DNA of 64,000 nucleotides from Balanoglossus misakiensis (taxonomy: Eukaryota > Animalia > Hemichordata). Location: assembly GCA_040954595.2 (NCBI GenBank), contig CM082581.2, positions 9,465,878 to 9,529,877 of the forward strand. The letters run 5' to 3'. The notes under the pieces were generated by a model, which ran no database searches, was not told the origin of the DNA, and saw only the letters and a program-made list of their open reading frames with translations. A program made the translations under genes and the position numbers. This document shows positions 27,234 through 41,871 of the stretch, one piece after another (position 1 is the first letter of the stretch; each line of letters starts with the position of its first letter).

Positions 27234-30200
27234 CCTCGCACTGCATCGCACAACACATTGACAGTGCACTTACAAAATCATTTCATGTCAATGTCCTGAT
27301 AGACTTTCATGACGCCCACCTCAATTGCTTAAGTTACATAGCTACTCGTCTGCATATTGAACGAGCGACACTTGTTAGCACGCGACACAACGTTTGTCGG
27401 TATAGCGGTGGGTGGCGTTTTCACGCTGTGGCAATAACTGATATCTGAGAGTTTGGGATTTACACTTGCACGTAAAAAATACCCATATACCCCCGAAAGG
27501 CAGCAGGCAAAAATCGTACGAAATGCTCGGACGGTCTGGCGTGTTTGACTGCGCCTTGATCGTTTGATAGGTAGACGTATTGTTTTAACTCCCGGTATAA
27601 ATGTAGATACACGACGCCAGTGGAGTCTTCCATCTCAATTGTCTGTACGAACAATAGCAAACCAGAGCATTACTAGGTTTCCAGGAGGAAACAATATTGA
27701 CAACAGACAGCCAGATCACGATTGTCCTTTTTATTTCACCTCACGTGAGATTAAATTGTAACGGGCCTAGTACAATCACCATAGCAACCCATTTATACCT
27801 GAAAAGGGGAAAATCGTTTACTTCGGGGATTAAATTAGTCTCTCTTGATAGCTTAGGCCTATACATGCTGTTCTGTATAACTGCCGTCGTCACCCTTCAT
27901 ATCAGAATAACTTCTGAATATATACTACTGCGAGTAATTAAATAATCGAAGTATGCAACTAAACATGTATTGAAAGTTTTCGAACCACTCACACAGATAT
28001 AAAAACTCGAAAAGTCACTACGATTGATGATCACTTACGTATATGGGAGCCTCTACAACGTATACAAGAATTACGTCTCTAGAGGTCGTTCTTTCATCCG
28101 TTAATGCAATCTCTTCTATAAACCTGGGACAAATATACCTAACGGTATACACTAGTTCCAGACTAATCACGACCTAAACCTTTCTCGTAGGGGTAATGAT
28201 CAAAGTAAATTGAGTTCTCAGAAACTGTTTCGTTTATTAAACGAAATTGAGCGTGTCAATGAATATATCGGAACGACTGATAAAATAGTTTTACTGTATA
28301 TTTACCACTTGCTTCTACAATTAAGTGATGGCGCTGCGCACTTAAAATCCGCCTCGTTCGCAGATCAGCAGAAAACAAAGACTTGTTTGCCGTTTGTAAC
28401 GACAAACTATACACAAATTGAACAATAATGTCCCTGATAGAGGTTGCTGCATTCTCCAGCAAATTTGGATCATCCGGGGGGTGACAGTGCTAGTTATGTG
28501 CAACAAGGACCTGTCTCTCTCCGTCATCCTCGGCAGATTTAACATGATACTAAACCTGGTCGGTGACGTCACCCATATCTGAAGAGCTTGACGCTTCAAT
28601 ATCCTGTCTGCAAAATAGATTGAAAGAAGACACTGAATGATTGCACCAAGTGACGAAGGGATACCGACATGTCAATTATTATTATTGCGTTCTGATTTGG
28701 TATAGGCTGTCATTAACCCAAGGATTATATGCAAGCTATACGCTGTGCGTGTGTGTCTTGTGGGAATAGTTCTTCAGTCTGCATAAAATCTCGAGGCTTA
28801 TAGTTGGCGGTTGGTGGCGCAATCATGACTATACAGTCTGGCATCTCGCGCGGTGTATCTCCAAACATAATTCCAGGGGGGATAAAAAGTTGTATATCAC
28901 CCCTTTGATATGTTGCTGCTGAAATGCAGTCATTCGCAATCAACATACACACATTATTTTAAAAACCACTGATATAATCATGCCATGGCAATCAAAAAAG
29001 TATGTTCCTTTGCACCTGAATGGTGATGTCAAAGCTGCACATACTTGACATGTCTACATACATACGTGTACATTGCGTGCATTCAGAAAAAAACAACAAC
29101 AACGCTCGTGCATGTAGTACAACAATCAACGGACCCGATGTCATTATCAAGAACACCGAAACAACCACTCGAAGATGCACACAATATGCGCTATTTTAAG
29201 GTAAAAAGTAATCATTTTATTTGCAATATGCAAGCCGTCCAGAAAGACGTAAAATAGTCGATCAAGGATGCATTAAAACGATAGAAAGAACTCAACTCAC
29301 GATTATCTTATCTGTGTAACAGAATGCAAGAATACGAATGATGAAAAATATCACGCATTAAAAGAGCCGACACCTAACATCATATAAAAGAACAATTAAT
29401 ATATTGTTATGACATGAAGAAATATACGCACATTTAACTATATTAAAAGATATGATTCTTCATATATTTATACTACACCCTTTACTGAGTAATAGACGAT
29501 CTATAAATGTCTTAACGTACACTCAGTGATTTGTTGCTAATTACACTCATGTTGACAATGTTTGTGAAAATGTTTTTTTTAACGTTTGTATAGTGTTTTT
29601 AAATACTTGTTTGATATTGTAAATGAGTCTATCATAGAAGTGGCACGTGTTAAAACTAGATGAAATGTGCTAGAATATGCGTTGTCGTAATGAACGATAA
29701 ACCATGATGGCGCCTGAACGATAATAGTAGCCGAGTGCTTTACTTGGACATTTTCAACTTACAAGTGCGCATGTGTGCCAATCAATCGTAAACGTGTGAT
29801 GTACATGTATATTGTTCGACAGGATACTGCATGTTAATTAACAATCACGTCCTTTAGAAGCTGTGCACTTGAATTTTATACGTTTTGTGGTTTACTAATA
29901 AAAGAACTACGAACAATATAATGGTATTTTTTTTCTTGAAAACGGAAAGTGTTTGGTAGGTGAACCCCGCAGAACGAAACACGCACAGGGGCCATTGTGT
30001 TTGCATTTTTAACAATTCAATTTTTTTCCAATTACTAGAGAATAACCTTTGGATAATTCGATCAGCAAAGGCATTTAAATACTGATTACAAAAAATCAGC
30101 GCTAGCTGTTCTACAACGATCGTCCTCCATCGTTGCATGTTGTAACCGACACTTTTCACATGCGAACTATCCCTGTTTAGCATGTCTCGCGCCCTCAAAC

Positions 30201-30921
30201 AAACGCGGTAAAAATTCGCTGTTCCTAAAGTCATAGCGTCTCACATGTTACGTGTACGTGTAAGTCAAAGGAAACGCTTAAACTGAGGTAAGTAAAGCTT
30301 CCTTTAAAAATTACCGAAGAACTCCTTTGATTGTTAAGGTATACGTATACATGTTACTTCGGTGACGTCACGGTTTGAATGTCGTCACGAACGATGAAGT
30401 CACAATGATGTAATGTCCAAAACTGGATTACATGTACACTGCCCCGATATTGAAGTTTTAAAGTCGGTCCTCTCAAGATTGAGATGTGGCAGTAAAACAT
30501 CATGGCTTAAGAACCACAAATAAAGATATTAATACACGATCACACATGACAGTTCTCGACAAAGTCTTCTTACCCGTCGGTCGATGACCACGTCACCCAG
30601 CGTTTTTTCTCCACTTTGAAAAGTCGCAGCGCGATCATACTTTGTTTGTATCGGGACATGCTATGCTTTGCTTTCCAGTGGCCCAGTTTACGCTTGTTCG
30701 TCCCTGGAACCACAAGTTTGAGAAAGAAGAGAGATTAATCTGTTATAACAAACACGCCAAGGCGGAGACAATGTTAAATGCTGTTGGATTCCCAACCGAT
30801 CAATAATTCCTGGGCCAAATTTTTACGTGACGGCCGATAGAGATTCCCAATAAAGTTACTTTGCGTTCGTCGCTTTTTTTTTCTGCAGACTGTCCACGCC
30901 ATTGTATACAATTTCTCACTG

Positions 30922-31859
30922 TTAACATTTTGAAACAGTACTTATGCTTCGCTGGCTCATTCTCAGGCTGGATCGAGAAACTGTTGTGAGTACTGTACCA
31001 GACCTGCCTAGTTTTCGTTTTCTGATTCCCACGGCGTGCAGGAAGGCAGTGCGAAACTTGCTGGATGCAATGTTGTACACGGCCGGGTTGACAGCGGAGT
31101 TCAAGTAGAACATCACCCGGCACAGGATGACGATACTCTGTTGCCCTATAAATCCCATGGAGTCGAGTTGCTCGAAGGAGGCAAAGGAAAAGTACAGGTT
31201 GACGACCCGCTCGGGCAGCAGACACAGGAAAAACAGCGTGACGACCGTCAGGAGCATGTAGACCACTCGTCGCCGGGCTCTCTCCGAAGCCACCGCCGCG
31301 GAGTTGGCCAAAAGTTTCTGCTCCTGCACGCTGTCCTCTTTCTCGCTGCTGGGACTGTGCGCATGCTTGGTGAGAGTCTGGCGAGACGTCGTCAGCTTGC
31401 GGTTGGCCTTGTGCCTGGCCAGTGCCGACGTGCCGGCGGTTTTGGTGATAGCCATGGAGTTTTCCGATTTCAGAGTTGGGTTGGCGTAGTTCAGGGTGCG
31501 GATGATGAGACAGTACAGAACACTCAGCAGGAGCATGGGCAGGGCGAAAAAGATGACGGGAATCACAAATATCATGTAGATCTTGGAGGCCTTATTCCGT
31601 GTGTACGTGTGACAGTCGTACACCACACTCCCGTGGCCGTCCGGGCGAGGCACGTAAAACGTGGACAGGATATTAGGTACCGTTGACAGACTGGCTATCA
31701 CCCAGATCAAGAAGCAGATCTTGATGGTCTTTCCCGGGGTGCACTTGTACTGCGCTTTCAGCGGGTGGCATATGGCGTAGTAACGCTCTATGGCAACGGC
31801 TACTAAAGTCAAAACGGAAGCGTGTGCCACTGTCCTTTCCATGAACGGGCTCAATTTGC
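30922..31859 (-). CDS. ETHR: Gene B, coding exon 2 (TM3 to C-terminus) of a second ETHR-like class A neuropeptide GPCR; spliced product 423 aa
   Basis: Acceptor ttttattattgcag|GC AAA TTG at 31860/31859. Encodes PFMERTVAHASVLTLVAVAIERYYAICHPLKAQYKCT (close to ETHR-type TVAHASVLT...ERYYAIC.PLKA.Y.CT), FFLCLLPERV and LCRVMFYLNSAVNPAVYNIASSKFR. Confidence 0.9.
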
Positions 31860-32553
31860 CTGCAATAATAAAAATACACATGACTGTAAATCATCGGCAA
31901 GTACTGGTCCGAAAGTTGAACAGATGTAAGACTTATAGAAAGTAAACATTGGTACACACAGTAGACAATCTGTGCAGCTGAACACGCCCATTGTATGGGT
32001 ACTGATGTTTTCTTGAAAAGTGAAAGTGTAGGTAACATTTAAATTAATCGATCTTATTGTGACAATGTAAAGGAAAGACGTTTAATATTGTTTTCTGCTT
32101 TGCAGTGGTTGTATGTGGTCGGATGCAGTGCAGGTCTACACCCCAACTTTTGCAACTTGGTACATTTACAAATATTTGCAGATTTATCACGCGGGGCCAA
32201 TGATAAGAATGCACAGGTAAACAGACCCACTGATTGATGAGTTGTAATTGAACTCTCTGGGCTCTCCTAAAAATATAAATTAGAACTTTCATCGAGGCTC
32301 ATGATAACAATCAGATATTGCAATCTGCGCCGCTGATGTGGAACCAACCAGGACACGCGCAATTTTTTTTCAAGTTTTCTACCACGAAGAGAGTTCTTGT
32401 TTTAACCATTAGGGGACCCCATGCGGTTTTAAATTGGCCACATGTGTCCAATTAAACTGTTTTTCTTATCATTGGCTTCGCTCTATTAATCTGCACAAGA
32501 ATAGTTTTTTAGGTCCTATTGGTATGTACCATGGGACCTTATGAATTCAGTTG

Positions 32554-32554
<1 letters not shown>

Positions 32555-32604
<50 letters not shown>

Positions 32605-32721
32605 ATGTATGTATGTATGTATGTATGTATGTATGTATGTATGTATGTATGTATGTATGTATGTATGTATGTATGTATGTATGTATGTATGTATGTATGT
32701 ATGTATGTATGTATGTATGTA
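32555..32721. repeat. (GTCT)12(GTAT)29 compound tetranucleotide microsatellite
   Basis: Read directly; abuts the satellite at 32722. Confidence 0.95.
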
Positions 32722-32983
32722 CGATGATTTTCATGAGCTATAACCCATGCTTTTTTTCAAAAATCGACCAAATTTTGAGATTTCGCAAAGTCGAAAAATT
32801 GTCATTTTTTGATGATTTTCATGAGCTATAACCCATGCTTTTTTTTAAAAATCGACCAAATTTTGAGATTTCGCGAAGTCGAAAAATTGTCGTTTTTTGA
32901 TGATTTTCATGAGCTATAACCCATGCTTTTTTCAAAAAAATGAAGAAATTTCGAAAAATTGTCATTTTTGGATGATTTTCATG
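32722..32983 (-). repeat. Satellite block 1: ~3 units, reverse orientation (2 variant-subfamily units plus 1 internally deleted main unit)
   Basis: gatgattttcatgagctataacccatgc...aaatcgaccaaattttgagatttcgcaaagtcg. Confidence 0.9.
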
Positions 32984-35900
32984 TGTTATAGCTCATGAAA
33001 ATCATCCAAAAATGACAATTTTTCGACTTTCCGAATTATCAAAATTTCTTCATTTTTTTGAAAAAAGCATGGGTTATAGCTCATGAAAATCATCCAAAAA
33101 TGACAATTTTTCGACTTTCCTAAATATCAAAATTTCTTCATTTTTTTGAAAAAAGCATGGGTTATAGCTCATGAAAATCATCCAAAAATGACGATTTTTC
33201 GACTTTCCTAAATATCAAAATTTCTTCATTTTTTTGAAAAAAGCATGGGTTATAGCTCATGAAAATCATCCAAAAATGACGATTTTTCGACTTTCCTAAA
33301 TATCAAAATTTCTTCATTTTTTTGAAAAAAGCATGGGTTATAGCTCATGAAAATCATCCAACAATGATAATTTTTCGACTTTCCGAATTATCAAAATTTC
33401 TTCATTTTTTTGAAAAAGGCATGGGTTATAGCTCATGAAAATCATCCAAAAATGACAATTTTTCGACTTTCCGAAATATCAAAATTTCTTCATTTTTTTG
33501 AAAAAAGCATGGGTTATAGCTCATGAAAATCATCCAAAAATGACAATTTTTCGACTTTCCTAAATATCAAAATTTCTTCATTTTTTTGAAAAAAGCATGG
33601 GTTAAAGCTCATGAAAATCATCCAAAAATGACGATTTTTCGACTTTCCTAAATATCAAAATTTCTTCATTTTTTTGAAAAAAGCATGGGTTATAGCTCAT
33701 GAAAATCATCCAAAAATGACAATTTTTCGACTTTCCTAAATATCAAAATTTCTTCATTTTTTTGAAAAAAGCATGGGTTATAATCATGAAAATCATCCAA
33801 AAATGACAATTTTTCGACTTTCCTAAATATCAAAATTTCTTCATTTTTTTGAAAAAAGCATGGGTTATAGCTCATGAAAATCATCCAAAAATGACAATTT
33901 TTCGACTTTCCTAAATATCAAAATTTCTTCATTTTTTTGAAAAAAGCATGGGTTATAGCTCATGAAAATCATCCAAAAATGACAATTTTTCGACTTTCCT
34001 AAATATCAAAATTTCTTCATTTTTTTGAAAAAAGCATGGGTTATAGCTCATGAAAATCATCCAAAAATGACAATTTTTCGACTTTCCTAAATATCAAAAT
34101 TTCTTCATTTTTTTTGAAAAAGGCATGGGTTATAGCTCATGAAAATCATCCAAAAATGATAATTTTTCGACTTTCCGAATTATCAAAATTTCTTCATTTT
34201 TTTGAAAAAGGCATGGGTTATAGCTCATGAAAATCATCCAAAAATGACAATTTTTCGACTTTCCGAAATATCAAAATTTCTTCATTTTTTTGAAAAAAGC
34301 ATGGGTTATAGCTCATGAAAATCATCCAAAAATGACAATTTTTCGACTTTCCTAAATATCAAAATTTCTTCATTTTTTTGAAAAAAGCATGGGTTAAAGC
34401 TCATGAAAATCATCCAAAAATGACGATTTTTCGACTTTCCTAAATATCAAAATTTCTTCATTTTTTTGAAAAAAGCATGGGTTATAGCTCATGAAAATCA
34501 TCCAAAAATGACAATTTTTCGACTTTCCTAAATATCAAAATTTCTTCATTTTTTTGAAAAAAGCATGGGTTATAATCATGAAAATCATCCAAAAATGACA
34601 ATTTTTCGACTTTCCTAAATATCAAAATTTCTTCATTTTTTTAAAAAAAGCATGGGTTATAGCTCATGAAAATCATCCAAAAATGACGATTTTTCGACTT
34701 TCCTAAATATCAAAATTTCTTCATTTTTTTGAAAAAAGCATGGGTTATAGCTCATGAAAATCATCCAAAAATGACAATTTTTCGACTTTCCTAAATATCA
34801 AAATTTCTTCATTTTTTTGAAAAAAGCATGGGTTATAGCTCATGAAAATCATCCAAAAATGACGATTTTTCGACTTTCCTAAATATCAAAATTTCTTCAT
34901 TTTTTTGAAAAAAGCATGGGTTATAGCTCATGAAAATCATCCAAAAATGACGATTTTTCGACTTTCCTAAATATCAAAATTTCTTCATTTTTTTGAAAAA
35001 AGCATGGGTTATAGCTCATGAAAATCATCCAAAAATGACGATTTTTCGACTTTCCTAAATATCAAAATTTCTTCATTTTTTTGAAAAAAGCATGGGTTAT
35101 AGCTAATGAAAATCATCCAAAAATGACAATTTTTCGACTTTCCTAAATATCAAAATTTCTTCATTTTTTTGAAAAAAGCATGGGTTATAGCTCATGAAAA
35201 TCATCCAAAAATGACAATTTTTCGACTTTCCTAAATATCAAAATTTCTTCATTTTTTTGAAAAAAGCATGGGTTATAGCTCATGAAAATCATCCAAAAAT
35301 GACAATTTTTCGACTTTCCTAAATATCAAAATTTCTTCATTTTTTTGAAAAAAGCATGGGTTATAGCTCATGAAAATCATCCAAAAATGATAATTTTTCG
35401 ACTTTCCGAATTATCAAAATTTCTTCATTTTTTTTAAAAAGGCATGGGTTATAGCTCATGAAAATCATCCAAAAATGACAATTTTTCGACTTTCCGAAAT
35501 ATCAAAATTTCTTCATTTTTTTGAAAAAAGCATGGGTTATAGCTCATGAAAATCATCCAAAAATGACAATTTTTCGACTTTCCTAAATATCAAAATTTCT
35601 TCATTTTTTTGAAAAAAGCATGGGTTAAAGCTCATGAAAATCATCCAAAAATGACGATTTTTCGACTTTCCTAAATATCGAAATTTCTTCATTTTTTTGA
35701 AAAAAGCATGGGTTATAGCTCATGAAAATCATCCAAAAATGACAATTTTTCGACTTTCCTAAATATCAAAATTTCTTCATTTTTTTGAAAAAAGCATGGG
35801 TTATAATCATGAAAATCATCCAAAAATGACAATTTTTCGACTTTCCTAAATATCAAAATTTCTTCATTTTTTTAAAAAAAGCATGGGTTATAGCTCATGA

Positions 35901-38900
35901 AAATCATCCAAAAATGACAATTTTTCGACTTTCCGAATTATCAAAATTTCTTCATTTTTTTGAAAAAGGCATGGGTTATAGCTCATGAAAATCATCCAAA
36001 AATGACAATTTTTCGACTTTCCGAATTATCAAAATTTCTTCATTTTTTTGAAAAAAGCATGGGTTATAGCTCATGAAAATCATCCAAAAATGACAATTTT
36101 TCGACTTTCCGAAATATCAAAATTTCTTCATTTTTTTGAAAAAAGCATGGGTTATAGCTCATGAAAATCATCCAAAAATGACAATTTTTCGACTTTCCTA
36201 AATATCAAAATTTCTTCATTTTTTTGAAAAAAGCATGGGTTATATAGCTCATGAAAATCATCCAAAAATGACAATTTTTCGACTTTCCTAAATATCAAAA
36301 TTTCTTCATTTTTTTGAAAAAAGCATGGGTTATATAGCTCATGAAAATCATCCAAAAATGACAATTTTTCGACTTTCCTAAATATCAAAATTTCTTCATT
36401 TTTTTGAAAAAAGCATGGGTTATAGCTCATGAAAATCATCCAAAAATGACAATTTTTCGACTTTCCTAAATATCAAAATTTCTTCATTTTTTTGAAAAAA
36501 GCATGGGTTATAGCTCATGAAAATCATCCAAAAATGACAATTTTTCGACTTTCCGAAATATCAAAATTTCTTCATTTTTTTGAAAAAAGCATGGGTTATA
36601 GCTCATGAAAATCATCCAAAAATGACAATTTTTCGACTTTCCGAAATATCAAAATTTCTTCATTTTTTTGAAAAAAGCATGGGTTATAGCTCATGAAAAT
36701 CATCCAAAAATGACAATTTTTCGACTTTCCGAAATATCAAAATTTCTTCATTTTTTTGAAAAAAGCATGGGTTATAGCTCATGAAAATCATCCAAAAATG
36801 ACAATTTTTCGACTTTCCGAAATATCAAAATTTCTTCATTTTTTAAAAAAAAGCATGGGTTATAGCTCATGAAAATCATCCAAAAATGACAATTTTTCGA
36901 CTTTCCTAAATATCAAAATTTCTTCATTTTTTTGAAAAAAGCATGGGTTATAGCTCATGAAAATCATCCAAAAATGACAATTTTTCGACTTTCCGAAATA
37001 TCAAAATTTCTTCATTTTTTTAAAAAAAGCATGGGTTATAGCTCATGAAAATCATCCAAAAATGACGATTTTTCGACTTTCCTAAATATCAAAATTTCTT
37101 CATTTTGTTGAAAAAAGCATGGGTTATAGCTCATGAAAATCATCCAAAAATGACAATTTTTCGACTTTCCGAAATATCAAAATTTCTTCATTTTTTTGAA
37201 AAAAGCATGGGTTATAGCTCATGAAAATCATCCAAAAATGACAATTTTTCGACTTTCCGAAATATCAAAATTTCTTCATTTTTTTGAAAAAAGCATGGGT
37301 TATAGCTCATGAAAATCATCCAAAAATGACAATTTTTCGACTTTCCGAAATATCAAAATTTCTTCATTTTTTTAAAAAAAGCATGGGTTATAGCTCATGA
37401 AAATCATCCAAAAATGACGATTTTTCGACTTTCCTAAATATCAAAATTTCTTCATTTTGTTGAAAAAAGCATGGGTTATAGCTCATGAAAATCATCCAAA
37501 AATGACGATTCTTCGACTTTCCTAAATATCAAAATTTCTTCATTTTTTTGAAAAAAGCATGGGTTATAGCTCATGAAAATCATCCAAAAACGACGATTTT
37601 TCGACTTTCCTAAATATCAAAATTTCTTCATTTTTTTGAAAAAAGCATGGGTTATAGCTCATGAAAATCATCCAAAAATGACAATTTTTCGACTTTCCTA
37701 AATATCAAAATTTCTTCATTTTTTTGAAAAAAGCATGGGTTATAGCTCATGAAAATCATCCAAAAATGACAATTTTTCGACTTTCCGAAATATCAAAATT
37801 TCTTCATTTTTTTGAAAAAAGCATGGGTTATAGCTCATGAAAATCATCCAAAAATGACAATTTTTCGACTTTCCGAAATATCAAAATTTCTTCATTTTTT
37901 TGAAAAAAGCATGGGTTATAGCCCATGAAAATCATCCAAAAATGACAATTTTTCGACTTTCCGAAATATCAAAATTTCTTCATTTTTTTGAAAAAAGCAT
38001 GGGTTATAGCCCATGAAAATCATCCAAAAATGACAATTTTTCGACTTTCCGAAATATCAAAATTTCTTCATTTTTTTGAAAAAAGCATGGGTTATAGCCC
38101 ATGAAAATCATCCAAAAATGACAATTTTTCGACTTTACGAATTATCAAAATTTCTTCATTTTTTTGAAAAAGGCATGGGTTATAGCTCATGAAAATCATC
38201 CAAAAATGACAATTTTTCGACTTTCCGAAATATCAAAATTTCTTCATTTTTTTGAAAAAAGCATGGGTTATAGCTCATGAAAATCATCCAAAAATGACAA
38301 TTTTTCGACTTTCCGAAATATCAAAATTTCTTCATTTTTTTGAAAAAAGCATGGGTTATAGCTCATGAAAATCATCCAAAAATGTCAATTTTTCGACTTT
38401 CCGAAATATCAAAATTTCTTCATTTTTTTGAAAAAAGCATGGGTTATAGCTCATGAAAATCATCCAAAAATGACAATTTTTCGACTTTCCGAAATATCAA
38501 AATTTCTTCATTTTTTTGAAAAAAGCATGGGTTATAGCTCATGAAAATCATCCAAAAATGACAATTTTTCGACTTTCCTAAATATCAAAATTTCTTCATT
38601 TTTTTAAAAAAAGAATGGGTTATAGCTCATGAAAATCATCCAAAAATGACGATTTTTCGACTTTCCTAAATATCAAAATTTCTTCATTTTTTTGAAAAAA
38701 GCATGGGTTATAGCTCATGAAAATCATCCAAAAATGACGATTTTTCGACTTTCCTAAATATCAAAATTTCTTCATTTTTTTGAAAAAAGCATGGGTTATA
38801 GCTCATGAAAATCATCCAAAAATGACGATTTTTCGACTTTCCGAAATATCAAAATTTCTTCATTTTTTTGAAAAAAGCATGGGTTATAGCTCATGAAAAT

Positions 38901-41871
38901 CATCCAAAAATGACAATTTTTCGACTTTCCGAAATATCAAAATTTCTTCATTTTTTTGAAAAAAGCATGGGTTATAGCTCATGAAAATCATCCAAAAATG
39001 ACAATTTTTCGACTTTCCGAAATATCAAAATTTCTTCATTTTTTTGAAAAAAGCATGGGTTATAGCTCATGAAAATCATCCAAAAATGACAATTTTTCGA
39101 CTTTCCGAAATATCAAAATTTCTTTATTTTTTTGAAAAAAGCATGGGTTATAGCTCATGAAAATCATCCAAAAATGACAATTTTTCGACTTTCCGAAATA
39201 TCAAAATTTCTTTATTTTTTTGAAAAAAGCATGGGTTATAGCTCATGAAAATCATCCAGAAATGACAATTTTTCGACTTTCCGAAATATCAAAATTTCTT
39301 CATTTTTTTTGAAAAAAGCATGGGTTATAGCTCATGAAAATCGTCCAGAAATGACAATTTTTCGACTTTCCGAAATATCAAAATTTCTTCATTTTTTTGA
39401 AAAAAGCATGGGTTATAGCTCATGAAAATCGTCCAAAAATGACAATTTTTCGACTTTCCGAAATATCAAAATTTCTTCATTTTTTTGAAAAAGCATGGGT
39501 TATAGCTCATGAAAATCATCCAGAAATGACAATTTTTCGACTTTCCGAAATATTAAAATTTCTTCATTTTTTTGAAAAAAGCATGGGTTATAGCTCATGA
39601 AAATCATCCAGAAATGACAATTTTTCGACTTTCCGAAATATGAAAATTTCTTCATTTTTTTGAAAAAAGCATGGGTTATAGCTCATGAAAATCATCCAGA
39701 AATGACAATTTTTCGACTTTCCGAAATATGAAAATTTCTTCATTTTTTTGAAAAAAGCATGGGTTATAGCTCATGAAAATCATCCAAAAATGACAATTTT
39801 CAGACTTTCCGAAATATGAAAATTTCTTCATTTTTTTGAAAAAAGCATGGGTTATAGCTCATGAAAATCATCCAAAAATGACAATTTTTCGACTTTCCGA
39901 AATATCAAAATTTCTTCATTTTTTTGAAAAAAGCATGGGTTATAGCTCATGAAAATCATCCAGAAATGACAATTTTTCGACTTTCCGAAATATCAAAATT
40001 TCTTCATTTTTTTGAAAAAAGCATGGGTTATAGCTCATGAAAATCATCCAGAAATGACAATTTTTCGACTTTCCGAAATATCAAAATTTCTTCATTTTTT
40101 TGAAAAAAGCATGGGTTATACCTCATGAAAATCATCCAGAAATGACAATTTTTCGACTTTCCGAAATATCAAAATTTCTTCATTTTTTTGAAAAAAGCAT
40201 GGGTTATAGCTCATGAAAATCATCCAGAAATGACAATTTTTCGACTTTCCGAAATATGAAAATTTCTTCATTTTTTTTGAAAAAGGCATGGGTTATAGCT
40301 CATGAAAATCATCCAGAAATGACAATTTTTCGACTTTCCGAAATATGAAAATTTCTTCATTTTTTTGAAAAAAGCATGGGTTATAGCTCATGAAAATCAT
40401 CCAAAAATGACAATTTTTCGACTTTCCGAAATATGAAAATTTCTTCATTTTTTTGAAAAAAGCATGGGTTATAGCTCATGAAAATCATCCAGAAATGACA
40501 ATTTTTCGACTTTCCGAAATATCAAAATTTCTTCATTTTTTTGAAAAAGCATGGGTTATAGCTCATGAAAATCATCCAAAAATGACAATTTTTCGACTTT
40601 CCGAAATATTAAAATTTCTTCATTTTTTTGAAAAAAGCATGGGTTATAGCTCATGAAAATCATCCAGAAATGACAATTTTTCGACTTTCCGAAATATTAA
40701 AATTTCTTCATTTTTTTGAAAAAAGCATGGGTTATAGCTCATGAAAATCATCCAGAAATGACAATTTTTCGACTTTCCGAAATATGAAAATTTCTTCATT
40801 TTTTTGAAAAAAGCATGGGTTATAGCTCATGAAAATCATCCAAAAATGACAATTTTTCGACTTTCCTAAATATGAAAATTTCTTCATTTTTTTGAAAAAA
40901 GCATGGGTTATAGCTCATGAAAATCATCCAAAAATGACAATTTTTCGACTTTCCGAAATATGAAAATTTCTTCATTTTTTTGAAAAAAGAATGGGTTATA
41001 GCTCATGAAAATCATCCAAAAATGACAATTTTTCGACTTTCCGAAATATGAAAATTTCTTCATTTTTTTAAAAAAAGCATGGGTTATAGCTCATGAAAAT
41101 CATCCAAAAATGACAATTTTTCGACTTTCCGAAATATCAAAATTTCTTCATTTTTTTGAAAAAAGCTTGGGTTATAGCTCATGAAAATCATCCAAAAATG
41201 ACAATTTTTCGACTTTCCGAAATATCAAAATTTCTTCATTTTTTTGAAAAAAGCATGGGTTATAGCTCATGAAAATCATCCAAAAATGACAATTTTTCGA
41301 CTTTCCGAAATATCAAAATTTCTTCATTTTTTTAAAAAAAGCATGGGTTATAGCTCATGAAAATCATCCAATAATGACAATTTTTCGACTTTTCGAAATA
41401 TCAAAATTTCTTCATTTTTTTGAAAAAGCATGGGTAATAGCTCATGAAAATCATCCAAAAATGACAATTTTTCGACTTTCCGAATTATCAAAATTTCTTC
41501 ATTTTTTTGAAAAAGGCATGGGTTATAGCTCATGAAAATCATCCAAAAATGACAATTTTTCGACTTTCCGAAATATCAAAATTTCTTCATTTTTTTGAAA
41601 AAAGCATGGGTTATAGCTCATGAAAATCATCCAGGAATGACAATTTTTTGACTTTCCGAAATATCAAAATTTCTTCATTTTTTTGAAAAAAGCATGGGTT
41701 ATAGCTCATGAAAATCATCCAAAAATGACAATTTTTCGACTTTCCGAATTATCAAAATTTCTTCATTTTTTTGAAAAAAGCATGGGTTATAGCTCATGAA
41801 AATCATCCAGAAATGACAATTTTTCGACTTTCCGAATTATCAAAATTTCTTCATTTTTTTGAAAAAAGCAT
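32984..41871 (+). repeat. Satellite block 2: ~101 main-type units, forward orientation
   Basis: gggttatagctcatgaaaatcatcc recurs every 88 bp. Confidence 0.95.

Noticed and set aside
31036-31686. 216-aa antisense ORF over exon 2B
   Set aside because: Same shadow-frame effect; confined to the real exon.
39123-39216. Two satellite variants creating AATAAA on the transcribed strand
   Set aside because: No evidence of use; such hexamers are common in AT-rich introns.
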